Source: Thiobacillus sp. (GTDB lineage: Bacteria; Pseudomonadota; Gammaproteobacteria; Burkholderiales; Thiobacillaceae). From it: DNA of 64,000 nt. Made by a program: the position numbers and the translations under genes. Location of the stretch: assembly GCA_024235835.1 (NCBI GenBank), contig JACKLQ010000004.1, positions 101,132-165,131 on the forward strand, read 5' to 3'. This document shows, in pieces, positions 1 through 9,296 of the stretch. Numbering within the stretch: the first letter of the stretch is position 1; each line of letters begins with the position of its first letter. Under the pieces are notes generated by a model, which did no database searches, was not told the DNA's origin, and saw only the letters and a list, made by a program, of their open reading frames with translations.

Positions 1-80
1 CTGTCAGGGTATTCCGTGAAGGGTTGAACCTTGATCCAGCCCTTGACGGCATATGGGGCGGCCACCCGCCCCATCACCAC
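1..80 (-). CDS. rimM: Ribosome maturation factor RimM, N-terminal fragment (gene continues past window start)
   Basis: The minus-strand frame just downstream of the rpsP stop reads (V)VMGRVAAPYAVKGWIKVQPFTEYPD. This matches the conserved RimM N-terminus (G-x3-G-x2-G-W-x-K/R-V). The rpsP-rimM order is canonical. The start is unresolved (GTG at 80 or 77, or ATG at 74). Confidence 0.6.
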   Translation of the reverse strand, partial: MVMGRVAAPYAVKGWIKVQPFTEYPD

Positions 81-93
81 CCGTTCGACCTGG

Positions 94-342
94 TCAGGCA
101 GCGGCTTGCTGGCCACGCACGATGCGGGCAACGGTGTCGGACACCTGGGCACCCACGCCCTGCCAATAGGACAGGCGGTCCTGGTTCACGCGCAGGCCTT
201 CGGCATTGCCCTTGGCCAGGGGGTTGTAGAAGCCGATGCGCTCGATGAAACGGCCATCGCGGCGATTGCGGGAATCCGCCACAACAATGTTGTAGAAGGG
301 ATTCTTCTTGGAGCCGCCGCGGGCAAGACGAATGGTCACCAT
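94..342 (-). CDS. rpsP: 30S ribosomal protein S16
   Basis: ORF 94..444 contains [41 protein letters not shown], the canonical S16 N-terminus. Start trimmed to the ATG at 342, giving 82 aa. Confidence 0.95.
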   Translation of the reverse strand: MVTIRLARGGSKKNPFYNIVVADSRNRRDGRFIERIGFYNPLAKGNAEGLRVNQDRLSYWQGVGAQVSDTVARIVRGQQAAA

Positions 343-490
343 GGTGTTGCAGTCCTCTAGAAATCGGTTATCCGGACGCGAAACGCCGTTTCGCGCCCAC
401 GGAATTCGGAAAAGCCGTGCATTGTACGCCAACCGCGCAAGCAATCCAAGCCGTTGTTTTGCCTGGCGATAGGACAGTCCAGCCTGGCCC

Positions 491-1846
491 TCAGCGCATG
501 CCGCCGGGCATCATGCCCTTCATGCCCCGCATCATCTTGGCCAGGCCGCCGCCCTTGCCCATCATCTTCATCATCTTCTGGGCCTGCTCGAACTGGTTCA
601 GCAGACGGTTCACGTCCTGGACCTGGACCCCGGAGCCGGCGGCGATGCGGCGCTTGCGGCTGGCCTTGAGAATCTCGGGGCGACGGCGCTCCTCCGGCGT
701 CATGCTATGGATGATGCCCTCGATGCGGCGCATCTCCTTCTCGCCCTTGGCCAGGTCCTCGGCACCGATCTTGCCCGCCCCCGGCAACTTGTCCACCAGG
801 CTGCCCAGGCCACCCAGCTTCTTCATCTGCTGCATCTGGGAGAGGAAGTCATCCAGGTCGAAGCCCTTGCCGCTCTTGAGCTTCTGCACCGTCTTCATGG
901 CCTCGGCCTGGTCGACGTTGCGCTGGGCCTCCTCGATGAGGGACAGCACGTCGCCCATGCCCAGCACCCGGCTGGCCATGCGCTCCGGGTGGAACACCTC
1001 GATGCCGCTGAGCTTCTCCCCCACACCCACCAGTTTCACCGGCTTGCCGGTGATGTGGCGCACGGACAGCGCCGCGCCACCCCGGGCATCGCCGTCCAGC
1101 TTGGTGAGGATCACCCCGCTGAGGGGCAGGGCGTCGCTGAAGGCCTTGGCGGTGTTCACCGCATCCTGGCCCTGCATGGCGTCCACCACGAACAGGGTCT
1201 CGATGGGGTTCAGCAGAGCGTGCAGTTCCTTGATTTCCGCCATCATGGCCTCGTCCACGTGCAGGCGGCCTGCGGTGTCGACAATGAGCACGTCGAACAG
1301 GTGCCGGCGGGCATGCTCCAGGGCGGCCCGGGCGATATCGGCAGGCTTCTGGTTGGCCGCGGAAGGAAAGAAATCCACACCGGCCTGGGACGCCACCACC
1401 TTCAACTGCTCGATGGCGGCGGGACGGTAGACGTCGCAGCTCACCACCAGGATCTTCTTCTTGCCCGCCTCCCGGATGATGCGGGTGAGCTTGCCAGTGG
1501 ACGTGGTCTTGCCCGCACCCTGGAGGCCCGCCATGAGGAACACCGCCGGCGGCTGGGTGGCGAAGTTCAGGGGCGCGGCCTGCTCGCCCATCAGGTGGGT
1601 GAGCTCCTTGTGCACCACGCCGATGAGCTGCTGGCCAGGAGTCAGGCTCTGCAGCACCTCCTGCCCCATGGCACGTTCCTTGACCCGGGCGATGAAGTCC
1701 CGCACCACGGGCAGGGCCACGTCCGCCTCCAGCAGGGCGACGCGCACCTCCCGCAGGGCATCCTGGATATTGTCCTCGGTGAGGCGTCCCTGTCCGCGCA
1801 GGTTCTTCACGACCTTGGACAGGCGATTGGTCAGGTTGTCAAACAT
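491..1846 (-). CDS. ffh: Signal recognition particle protein Ffh
   Basis: [11 protein letters not shown]-domain, GTPase P-loop GLQGAGKTT, and a Met-rich C-terminal M domain. Start trimmed from 1939 to the MFDNL ATG. Confidence 0.95.
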   Translation of the reverse strand: MFDNLTNRLSKVVKNLRGQGRLTEDNIQDALREVRVALLEADVALPVVRDFIARVKERAMGQEVLQSLTPGQQLIGVVHKELTHLMGEQAAPLNFATQPPAVFLMAGLQGAGKTTSTGKLTRIIREAGKKKILVVSCDVYRPAAIEQLKVVASQAGVDFFPSAANQKPADIARAALEHARRHLFDVLIVDTAGRLHVDEAMMAEIKELHALLNPIETLFVVDAMQGQDAVNTAKAFSDALPLSGVILTKLDGDARGGAALSVRHITGKPVKLVGVGEKLSGIEVFHPERMASRVLGMGDVLSLIEEAQRNVDQAEAMKTVQKLKSGKGFDLDDFLSQMQQMKKLGGLGSLVDKLPGAGKIGAEDLAKGEKEMRRIEGIIHSMTPEERRRPEILKASRKRRIAAGSGVQVQDVNRLLNQFEQAQKMMKMMGKGGGLAKMMRGMKGMMPGGMR

Positions 1847-1950
1847 GATGGGCGTCGATTGGTTAGGGTGAGTAAAGGGCAGATACGCTAGACTTCCGGA
1901 GTCTAACAAACCCGAGGGCGCGAACAGCGCCGCAATCACTCAGGGACGCC

Positions 1951-2742
1951 ATGCTCGAAACACTTTGCATCGCCGCCTATTTCGGCCTCGCCGCCTGGTT
2001 CTGGCCAGGCCTGCCCGGATGCTGCCGCACCGACTGGGTGCCCCGCCTGCTGCCCATCCTGCCACTGGTTCCCCACTTGCTCATCCTGCACAGGGACATG
2101 TTGGGAGCGGACGGCATCCATCTGGGATTCGCCATGTCCCTCTCCGCCATCGCCGCCCTCACGGTGCTCACCTACGCCACCGCCGCCTGGCGCTACCACC
2201 TGGCCGGGGTGCTGGGCTTCGTGCTGGCCTTCGCCGGCTTCAGCGTGGTGCTGCAGGTGATCATGCCCCTGGGCGCCCCAGTGTCCCACACGGACGCGCC
2301 CCTGTTCCGGGCCCACCTGCTGGTGGCCTTCTCCGCTTACAGCCTGCTCACCATCGCCGCCCTCCATGCCCTCCTCATCGCCCTGGCGGAAAAGCACCTG
2401 CACAAGGCCGTACCCCCCAAGGTACTTGCGGGCCTACCCCCCCTGCTGACCATGGAAAGGCTGCTGTTCCGGATGATCCAGGCGGGCTTCGCCCTGCTCA
2501 CCCTCACCGTCATCTCCGGCATCGGCTTTTCCGAGGAGGTCTTCGGCAAGGCCATGACCTTGAACCACAAGACCGTGTTCGGCATCGCCGCCTGGCTCAT
2601 CTTCGCCGCCCTGCTCCTTGGCAGGCGCATCTACGGCTGGCGCGGCCGCACCGCCATCTACTGGACCCTGGCCGGCTTTTTCAGCCTGCTGCTGGCCTAC
2701 GAGGGCGTGAAGTTCGTCATGGAAGTCCTTTTGCAGCGCTGA
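1951..2742 (+). CDS. CcsA/YpjD-like cytochrome c assembly family inner-membrane protein
   Basis: 263-aa polytopic hydrophobic protein divergent from ffh, the conserved position of ypjD-type genes. The call rests on synteny and composition only. Confidence 0.6.
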   Translation: MLETLCIAAYFGLAAWFWPGLPGCCRTDWVPRLLPILPLVPHLLILHRDMLGADGIHLGFAMSLSAIAALTVLTYATAAWRYHLAGVLGFVLAFAGFSVVLQVIMPLGAPVSHTDAPLFRAHLLVAFSAYSLLTIAALHALLIALAEKHLHKAVPPKVLAGLPPLLTMERLLFRMIQAGFALLTLTVISGIGFSEEVFGKAMTLNHKTVFGIAAWLIFAALLLGRRIYGWRGRTAIYWTLAGFFSLLLAYEGVKFVMEVLLQR

Positions 2743-2877
2743 AACCACCCTGACGACCCGAGGGCATTCCTTCGGTGATTTCCTTCATAGCCTTGCGAGC
2801 TATTACTTTTGTAATATTCCTTTCCTGAATAACACATAGAGCTCTCCACAACCGGATGAGCAGCAGGAAGGAAACAA

Positions 2878-3909
2878 ATGTCCGGCAAGCATCAGGAAAA
2901 CATCACTTCCGAGCAGGCCAGGGAACTGGCCATGCAGTCCATTGAACTGCTGTCGCGGCACGACCTGCCTCCCACCCCACTGCACTATGCCGTCGCATAT
3001 GAGTATCTACTGGGCGGGCAACCGGACCTGAAGAATTTCCTCGACCATCATCTGGGCGATGGCAAGCCCCTGGATGCCATCCTGCTGCAGGACCTCTATG
3101 AAAAGCACCTGGCCTCGGTACAGCACAAGCAGTTCCAGGGCATGCGCAATGACCTGCATGACATCCTCCAGTCCCTGCTCCAGACCATCACGGAAACCAA
3201 CGACAACAGCGAGGACTACCAACGGGAACTGGAAACCAGCCTGAAGCAGCTAGACGCCCAGCAGGACCAGGCCTCCCTGCAAAAGATCGCCTCGGACATG
3301 ATTTCCGCCGCCATGTCCTCCCGGTTCCAGAATGGCAAGCTGCAGAGCCATCTCATGGAGGCCCGCAAGGAAACCGAGCAACTCAGGGAGGAACTGGAAG
3401 CCCAGCGCCAGGCGGCCATGGTGGACCCCCTCACTGGCCTGTTCAATCGCCGCGCCATGGACCATCACATGGAATTCCTCTGGGAGGAGGACCGGGACCT
3501 GTCCGTGCTGGTCATGGACATCGACCACTTCAAGCGCATCAACGACACCTATGGCCATGCCATCGGCGACATCGTCATCCGCAACGTGGCCGACGCGGTA
3601 CGCAAGTGCATTCGCGGCGAGGACATCGCCATCCGCTTCGGCGGCGAGGAGTTCCTGGTGCTGCTGCCCAATACCGGGCTTGAAGGCGCCATCACCGTGG
3701 CGGAGTCCATCCGCAAGCGCATCGAGGCCCTGCGCCTGGTGCGCAAGAACGACAACTTCGCCCTGGATCCCTTCACCATCTCCCTTGGGGTGGCCAACCG
3801 TCGTGGAGATGACGATCGCGACAGCCTGTTCGAGCGGGCCGACAAGGCCCTCTACCACGCCAAGTCAAACGGGCGAAACCGGGTCATCCACGAGAACCAC
3901 CCGCACTGA
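2878..3909 (+). CDS. Diguanylate cyclase (GGDEF domain) with coiled-coil N-terminal region
   Basis: C-terminal DPLTGLFNRR...DIDHFKRINDTYGH...RFGGEEF motifs. An RGED I-site sits five residues before GGEEF. An AGGAAGG RBS precedes the ATG. Confidence 0.9.
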   Translation: MSGKHQENITSEQARELAMQSIELLSRHDLPPTPLHYAVAYEYLLGGQPDLKNFLDHHLGDGKPLDAILLQDLYEKHLASVQHKQFQGMRNDLHDILQSLLQTITETNDNSEDYQRELETSLKQLDAQQDQASLQKIASDMISAAMSSRFQNGKLQSHLMEARKETEQLREELEAQRQAAMVDPLTGLFNRRAMDHHMEFLWEEDRDLSVLVMDIDHFKRINDTYGHAIGDIVIRNVADAVRKCIRGEDIAIRFGGEEFLVLLPNTGLEGAITVAESIRKRIEALRLVRKNDNFALDPFTISLGVANRRGDDDRDSLFERADKALYHAKSNGRNRVIHENHPH

Positions 3910-3925
3910 GCCGGGCAGGCAGCCC

Positions 3926-4336
3926 TCAGACGTATTCCTTCATCGCCCGGCGCCGGCCGGGCTTCTTCTTCATGATCACCACGCCCTTCACCACGGCCTC
4001 TATGCTGTCGATGGGAATGTTGGGGTAGAGAGGGTTCAGGGGCTTGAGCATCCAGCCCTCTTGGTGCTTCACCAACTGGCGGAAGATGTGCCTGTCCTCC
4101 TCCTTTTCGTCCTCCAGATAGGCGATGACGAAGGAACCGTCCCGGGCCACCCCTTCCGGCTCGATGACGATGATTTCACCCTCCTCGAACTCCGGCAGCA
4201 TGGAGTCCCCCAGCACCATGAGGGCATAGGGCTCTCCGCTGGCGCAGGAGGAGGCCAGGGCTTCGCCTTCCATGGGCACCTCCGCCGCCGGCTTGACGGG
4301 GATGGGGAAGGGTTTGGGGATGGATTTCTCGGACAT
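3926..4336 (-). CDS. S24 (LexA/UmuD-like) peptidase-domain-only protein
   Basis: LMVLGDSMLPEFEEGEIIVIEP matches the S24 Ser-nucleophile motif GDSM. There is no HTH domain. The ATG at 4334-4336 overlaps the mutL TAA by 1 nt. Confidence 0.75.
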   Translation of the reverse strand: MSEKSIPKPFPIPVKPAAEVPMEGEALASSCASGEPYALMVLGDSMLPEFEEGEIIVIEPEGVARDGSFVIAYLEDEKEEDRHIFRQLVKHQEGWMLKPLNPLYPNIPIDSIEAVVKGVVIMKKKPGRRRAMKEYV

Positions 4337-6129
4337 TACTTTCCTCGCATGAATAACTTGTCCAGGTCGGCCATGGTCAACTGGAACCAGGTGGGCCGGC
4401 CGTGGTTGCACTGTTCCGACCGCTCGGTGGCCTCCATGTCCCGCAACAGGGCGTTCATCTCGGGCAGGGTAAGGCGGCGGTTGGCCCGCACCGCACCATG
4501 GCAGGCCATGGTGGCCAACAACTCGTTGCGGCGCGCAGTCAGGGCAGCGGAAATACCGAATTCCCGCATGTCTTTCAACACCTCCCGCGCCAGGGTCTCT
4601 CCTTCCGCGTCCTGCAACAGGGTCGGCAAGGCGCGCACGGCCAGGTGGGTGGGCGAAACAGGGGCGATCTCGAAACCCAACGCAGCGAGGGCATCAGCCG
4701 CCTCCTCCGCGATGCCCACCTCCATGGCCGTGGCGGCGAACACGACGGGAATCAGCAGGGGCTGGCTCGCCACCTTGCGTAGATCCAGGGCTGTCTTCAG
4801 GCGTTCATAGACGATGCGTTCATGGGCGGCATGCATGTCCACCACCACCAGGCCCTTTTCGTTCTGGGCCAGCACATAGACCCCTGCCAACTGGGCCAGG
4901 GCATAGCCCAGGGGGGGCACCCGGCCCTGATTCTCCACATGGTCCGATGCGATGGCAGGCGCATGGGCCAGGGCCTCGGCCACCACCGCGTAGTAGGCTG
5001 CGGGTTCAGACGCCAATGGCATCCGAGTTTGATGGGCAGGCCAGTTCTGGTTCCTGGCTGAGGCGGTGCCGCCGAAACCGGGCATCGGCATGGGCGCTGG
5101 TTGGAGAGCCTCCGCATGGGACGGGGCGGCATCCACACTTCGGCCTCCCAAGGCCTGCTCCAGGGCATGGAAGACAAACTGGTGGATACCCCGGGATTCC
5201 CGGAAGCGCACCTCGGTCTTGGCCGGGTGCACGTTCACGTCCACCGCCTCGGGGGGCAGTTCCAGGAACAGCACGTAGGCGGGATGGCGGTCGTGATGCA
5301 ACACGTCGCGATAGGCCTCCCGCACGGCATGGGTGAGCAGCTTGTCCCGCACGAAGCGGCCATTGACGAACAGGTACTGGGCATCCCGACCTGCACGGGA
5401 ATAGGCCGGCAGGCTCGCCAGGCCAGACAAGCGCAGAGCACCCGAACTCTGATCCAGGGCGCGGGCGGCGGCGGAGAACTCCTCCCCCATCACGGCCAGG
5501 GCCCGGGCCTGCCAGTCAGCGGCGGCAAAGCGGCGCACCACCCGCCCGTTGTGGCCCAGGGTGAAGGCGCATTTCGGGTGGGCCAGGGCCAGGCGGCAGA
5601 ACACGTCGTCGCAATGGCCGTATTCCGTGGCCGGGGTCTTGAGGAACTTGCGCCGGGCCGGGGTGTTGAAGAACAGGTCCCGCACCTCCACCACCGTGCC
5701 GACGCCCAGGGCGGCGGGCTCCGGACTTGTGACGCGTCCGTCCAGGGCCCCCAGCTTCCAGGCATGGGTAGCCTCTGCATTACGGCTGGTCAGGGTCAAA
5801 CGGGAAACTGCGGCGATGCTGGCCAGTGCCTCGCCCCGGAAACCCAGGCTGGCCACCCGCTCCAGGTCATCCAGGCTGGCGATCTTGCTGGTGGCGTGGC
5901 GGGCCAGGGCCAGGGGCAGGTCATCGGGGACCATGCCGGCGCCGTCGTCGGCCACCCGAATCAGGCGGACGCCCCCCTCCTCCAGGTCCACGCGGATGTC
6001 CCGCGCCCCCGCGTCCAGGCTGTTCTCCAGCAGTTCCTTGAGGGCCGACGCAGGCCGCTCCACCACCTCCCCGGCAGCAATCTGGGAGATGAGGAGGTCG
6101 GGCAGGAGGCGGATTGCGGCGGCGGGCAT
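4336..6129 (-). CDS. mutL: DNA mismatch repair endonuclease MutL
   Basis: N-terminus LLPDLLISQIAAGEVVERPASALKELLENSLDAGA (GHKL ATPase) and a typical C-terminal dimerisation region. Start set at the ATG at 6129 (MPAAAIRLL), consistent with the spacing seen in E. coli MutL. The GTG at 6147 is also possible. Confidence 0.93.
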   Translation of the reverse strand: MPAAAIRLLPDLLISQIAAGEVVERPASALKELLENSLDAGARDIRVDLEEGGVRLIRVADDGAGMVPDDLPLALARHATSKIASLDDLERVASLGFRGEALASIAAVSRLTLTSRNAEATHAWKLGALDGRVTSPEPAALGVGTVVEVRDLFFNTPARRKFLKTPATEYGHCDDVFCRLALAHPKCAFTLGHNGRVVRRFAAADWQARALAVMGEEFSAAARALDQSSGALRLSGLASLPAYSRAGRDAQYLFVNGRFVRDKLLTHAVREAYRDVLHHDRHPAYVLFLELPPEAVDVNVHPAKTEVRFRESRGIHQFVFHALEQALGGRSVDAAPSHAEALQPAPMPMPGFGGTASARNQNWPAHQTRMPLASEPAAYYAVVAEALAHAPAIASDHVENQGRVPPLGYALAQLAGVYVLAQNEKGLVVVDMHAAHERIVYERLKTALDLRKVASQPLLIPVVFAATAMEVGIAEEAADALAALGFEIAPVSPTHLAVRALPTLLQDAEGETLAREVLKDMREFGISAALTARRNELLATMACHGAVRANRRLTLPEMNALLRDMEATERSEQCNHGRPTWFQLTMADLDKLFMRGK

Positions 6130-6181
6130 GGCGGGCGAGTTTACCACCCGGCCCAGCCCTGCCCGGATGATGCTCAGTGCC

Positions 6182-6682
6182 TCACTTCATCATCATCTTC
6201 AGCATCATCTGCATCATGTCCAGGCGCTTCTCCATCTCGTCCAGGCGCTTGTCCACATCACAGCCGCAGCCGTCGCCATCACCCATGCGCTGGCACTTCT
6301 TGCCCATGCCGCCGGTGCCCATGCCCATGCCGGAACCCTTGCCGTCGCGGCGGTCGCAGTCCTTGCCCATGGGGCCCGTGCCGGGTCCCATACCCATCAT
6401 GCCCGGGCCATTACCCGGCCCCTTCCCCATGCCGCCCCCCTGCATCATCATGCCGGGCCCTTTGCCGTCCCGCTTGTTGCACTTGCCACCGGGACCCATG
6501 CCTTGGGATTGCATCATGTCCTGCATCTTCTGCCGCATGGTTTGCATGTCATCCAGGGGCGCGGGAGATGCCTCCGTGGCAGGAGAGGCCTCCAGCTTGG
6601 GAGCCTCCTCTGCCAGGGCAACCGGGACCTGGAGCAGTGCCAGCAGGGAAAGGGCCAGGGTAGTGCGCTTCAGCATGTTCAT
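6182..6682 (-). CDS. Secreted Met/Gly-rich low-complexity protein with 5 Cys (possible periplasmic soft-metal binder)
   Basis: Signal peptide MNMLKRTTLALSLLALLQVPVALA. GMG/GPG/MMM tracts follow, then a C-terminal Met-rich helix RLDEMEKRLDMMQMMLKMMMK. An AGGAG RBS precedes the ATG. Confidence 0.8.
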   Translation of the reverse strand: MNMLKRTTLALSLLALLQVPVALAEEAPKLEASPATEASPAPLDDMQTMRQKMQDMMQSQGMGPGGKCNKRDGKGPGMMMQGGGMGKGPGNGPGMMGMGPGTGPMGKDCDRRDGKGSGMGMGTGGMGKKCQRMGDGDGCGCDVDKRLDEMEKRLDMMQMMLKMMMK

Positions 6683-6793
6683 GTCTCACTCCTATCGTGG
6701 AAACCCGCCAGGGATACCTGACTTCGGAATTGCGGGGTGGCTCAATTCGAGCGTCGGGAGCATCCAGCGGTTCCCCCGCCCGCGCAGTTTGTT

Positions 6794-7873
6794 TCAAGTC
6801 ATCAGGCCCAGCAACTTGTCGAAGGCATCGGCGAACAGGTCCACGCCCTGGTCCTGGAGCCGCAGCCCCGCCTGTTCCATGTCTATGCCCTGTTCCGCCA
6901 GACGGTGGTAATGAGCCCGGGCCCCATCCAGTCCCTCCGCCACGCCGGCCCGCACCTTGCCGTGGTCCTTCAGGGCCGCCAGGGTCTTGTCCGGCAGGGT
7001 GTTGACGGTCTCCGGCCCTACAAGGGGCTCCACGTACAGCAGATCGCTGTAGGCCTGGTTCTTGGTGCCCGTACTGGCCCAAAGCAGGTATTGGGGGCGG
7101 GCACCCAGGGCCCTCAGGTCCGCGAATTCCGGGCCATGGAACAACTCCCGGTAGCGGGCATAGGCCAGCCGGGCCATGGCCACGGCGCTCCCGCCCCGCA
7201 GCGCCAGGGCCTCCGGCGTGCCGGTCTCTTCCAGGCGCTGGTCCACCAGGGTGTCCACCCGGCTGAGGAACAGGCTGGCCACCGCCTTGGCCCGGACTAC
7301 GTCCTCTCCCCGCGCCAGGCGGGCACGCAGGCCCCGCAGGTAGGCCTGGTGGATGGCCTCCACCTGTCCCAGGGAAAACAGCAGGGTCACGTTCACGTTG
7401 ATGCCCTCGGAGGTGAGGGTTTCAAAGGCCGCCACGCCGGCGGGAGTGGCGGGCACCTTCACCAGCAGGTTCGGCCGGGACACCAGGGCGGACAGGCGCC
7501 GGGCTTCGGCCACCGTTGCCTGCTGGTCATGGGCCCAGCGGGGCGCCACTTCCAGGCTCACATAGCCATCATTGCCGGCGGTGTGATCGAACTCCGGACG
7601 CATCAGGTCGCAGGCGGCCTGGATGTCCGGTACGGCCAGCCCCTCGTAACGCCGTTCCGGATCGGACTCAGCCGCTTTCAGGCGGGCCAGGTCGTCGGCG
7701 TAGTAGGGACTATCAGAGACCGCCTTTTGAAAGATGGAGGGATTGGACGTCACGCCGGACACGCCATCCTCGGCGATCCAGCGGGCCAGGGCGCCTTCCA
7801 CTAGCAAGGTGCGGGAAAGGTTGTCGAGCCAGATGCTCTGGCCCAGGTTAACGGCTTGCCTGATCGGGTTCAT
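6794..7873 (-). CDS. tal: Transaldolase
   Basis: MNPIRQAVNLGQSIWLDNLSR...GVTSNPSIFQKA...LLVKVPAT motifs. Start trimmed to the ATG at 7873. Confidence 0.9.
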   Translation of the reverse strand: MNPIRQAVNLGQSIWLDNLSRTLLVEGALARWIAEDGVSGVTSNPSIFQKAVSDSPYYADDLARLKAAESDPERRYEGLAVPDIQAACDLMRPEFDHTAGNDGYVSLEVAPRWAHDQQATVAEARRLSALVSRPNLLVKVPATPAGVAAFETLTSEGINVNVTLLFSLGQVEAIHQAYLRGLRARLARGEDVVRAKAVASLFLSRVDTLVDQRLEETGTPEALALRGGSAVAMARLAYARYRELFHGPEFADLRALGARPQYLLWASTGTKNQAYSDLLYVEPLVGPETVNTLPDKTLAALKDHGKVRAGVAEGLDGARAHYHRLAEQGIDMEQAGLRLQDQGVDLFADAFDKLLGLMT

Positions 7874-7951
7874 GGTTCCACTCGTCGCTGTATCGGTGCT
7901 ACCGGTATAGCAGCAGACTCCGGCTACCGGCCCCGGGTTCAATCCTTGGAC

Positions 7952-9061
7952 TTAATCCTGCCGGTGCAGCCAGATGGCGAAAACAATGCCAAACCAGAAC
8001 AGGGCCGTGAGGGCGGGCATGCCGGCGCACTGGTAGCCCAGCAGGAACAGGACCGACGGCATCAGGAACAGCAGGGCCCGCGCCGAGCCCCAGCGGTTCA
8101 GGACCCGGCGCCCTGCCTCGTGGGCGGCGGCCCGGGTGGGGTTGAGCCACACCGGCGCCAGCACCCCGGCGGCCCCGGTCACCAGGGGCATGAGGAAGGC
8201 CGGCAGGAAGAGGTCCAGGGGGCCCCGCTCCGTTTCGCCCTGCAAGAGGCCCGCCAGGGAGGCGGCATAGCCCAGCACGGCGACGAACAGCACCGGCTCC
8301 GCCCCGTGCAGGCCGAGGAGTCGGGCGCGGTGGAGACGCCACCAGGCCCAGGCCATGCGCCCCAGGGGCCAGGCCCAAAGGGCCACGCCCAGCCAGGTCA
8401 GGGGCAGCCAGGCGGCCTGGCCCAGGGCGATGGCCAGGGACCCCGCCGCTGCCCATTTCAGGTCCTGGCGCAGGCGTACGCCGGCCTGGGGGTCGGCCTG
8501 GCCGGCGGCGGTGGGCATGAGCACCTGGAGGGTGCCCACCGCCGTGAGACCCACGAAGCCGTACAGGTTCAGGTGCAGGTGGAAGGCCCGCAGCGCCGCG
8601 TGCCATGCGGGCATGAAGGGGATCAGCAAGGCCGCCGCCAGGGCCAGGCCCAGGCAGGCCATGGCCGCCACGTACCAGTCCAGGCCGGGGTGGGGCCGTC
8701 CCAGGGCCTGGCGACCCTTGCCCAGCATCCAGGCGATCATGGCCGCCGAGCTCCCCAGGGCCAGCAGGGCTGCCAGGGCAATCCACAGGTAGTCCAGCCA
8801 GCCCCCCAGCACCGTCACCGCCAGCAGCCCCGCCGCCAGCATCAGCAGGGGCAGGCGCGCCATCCACTTGCCCGCGCCGCGCGAACGGCACAGCACGGGC
8901 ACGAAATGCTGCATGGCGGCGGTGATGAGGGTCATCACCCCCAGGGCCAGGGCGATGTGGGCCCAGAAGGCGGGGGCGGCGGCGAAGGCCTTGGGCAGGG
9001 CCTGGCCCGCCAGCAGGGCGATGAGGGTGGCGGCGATGAGGGCGATGAGCATGGACGCCAT
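7952..9061 (-). CDS. Polytopic membrane protein of unknown function, paralogue of 19282..20574
   Basis: 369 aa with many TM segments. It shares HIALALGVMTLITAAMQHFVPVL and HLHLNLYGFVGLTAVGTLQVLMPT motifs with the second copy. Confidence 0.8.
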   Translation of the reverse strand: MASMLIALIAATLIALLAGQALPKAFAAAPAFWAHIALALGVMTLITAAMQHFVPVLCRSRGAGKWMARLPLLMLAAGLLAVTVLGGWLDYLWIALAALLALGSSAAMIAWMLGKGRQALGRPHPGLDWYVAAMACLGLALAAALLIPFMPAWHAALRAFHLHLNLYGFVGLTAVGTLQVLMPTAAGQADPQAGVRLRQDLKWAAAGSLAIALGQAAWLPLTWLGVALWAWPLGRMAWAWWRLHRARLLGLHGAEPVLFVAVLGYAASLAGLLQGETERGPLDLFLPAFLMPLVTGAAGVLAPVWLNPTRAAAHEAGRRVLNRWGSARALLFLMPSVLFLLGYQCAGMPALTALFWFGIVFAIWLHRQD

Positions 9062-9087
9062 GATCCCATGCCCGCACCGACTCTCAT

Positions 9088-9101
9088 TTGATCGAAGTCA
9101 G
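9088..9101. promoter_or_regulatory. Degenerate FNR/DNR-like box TTGAT-CGAA-GTCAG
   Basis: 9/10 match to the TTGAY-N4-GTCAA form seen at nirS/nor. It lies in the 235-bp spacer between the membrane-protein gene and the collagen-like gene. Its position relative to either start is awkward. Confidence 0.3.
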
Positions 9102-9296
9102 TCCGGAGACCCGCGCAGAGAAGCTGCCGTTACAGGCCACCCGATGACGTCGGGCCATCAAACATCTGGCAAAGCCCCCCCCAATTGCTATCAATGGAGA
9201 GGGAGGTCCGTTTATCCAATTAATTAACCAATATGGTGACTGATGCGAGAGCGTTAATCAGCATTCAAGCGGCAACTGAAGCACACGGAGGTTGCT

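Noticed and set aside
3926-4336. Annotating the S24 protein as UmuD.
   Set aside because: There is no umuC partner and no clear Cys/Ala-Gly cleavage site at the expected position. Only the generic S24 catalytic motif is supported.
7952-9061. Calling the two paralogous membrane proteins (also 19282..20574) NnrS.
   Set aside because: The context (DNR-like boxes, nir/nor neighbourhood) fits NnrS. However, I could not find the NnrS-type HAHEM-x-FGF motif, and the conserved blocks differ from what I remember of that family. They are left as unknown.
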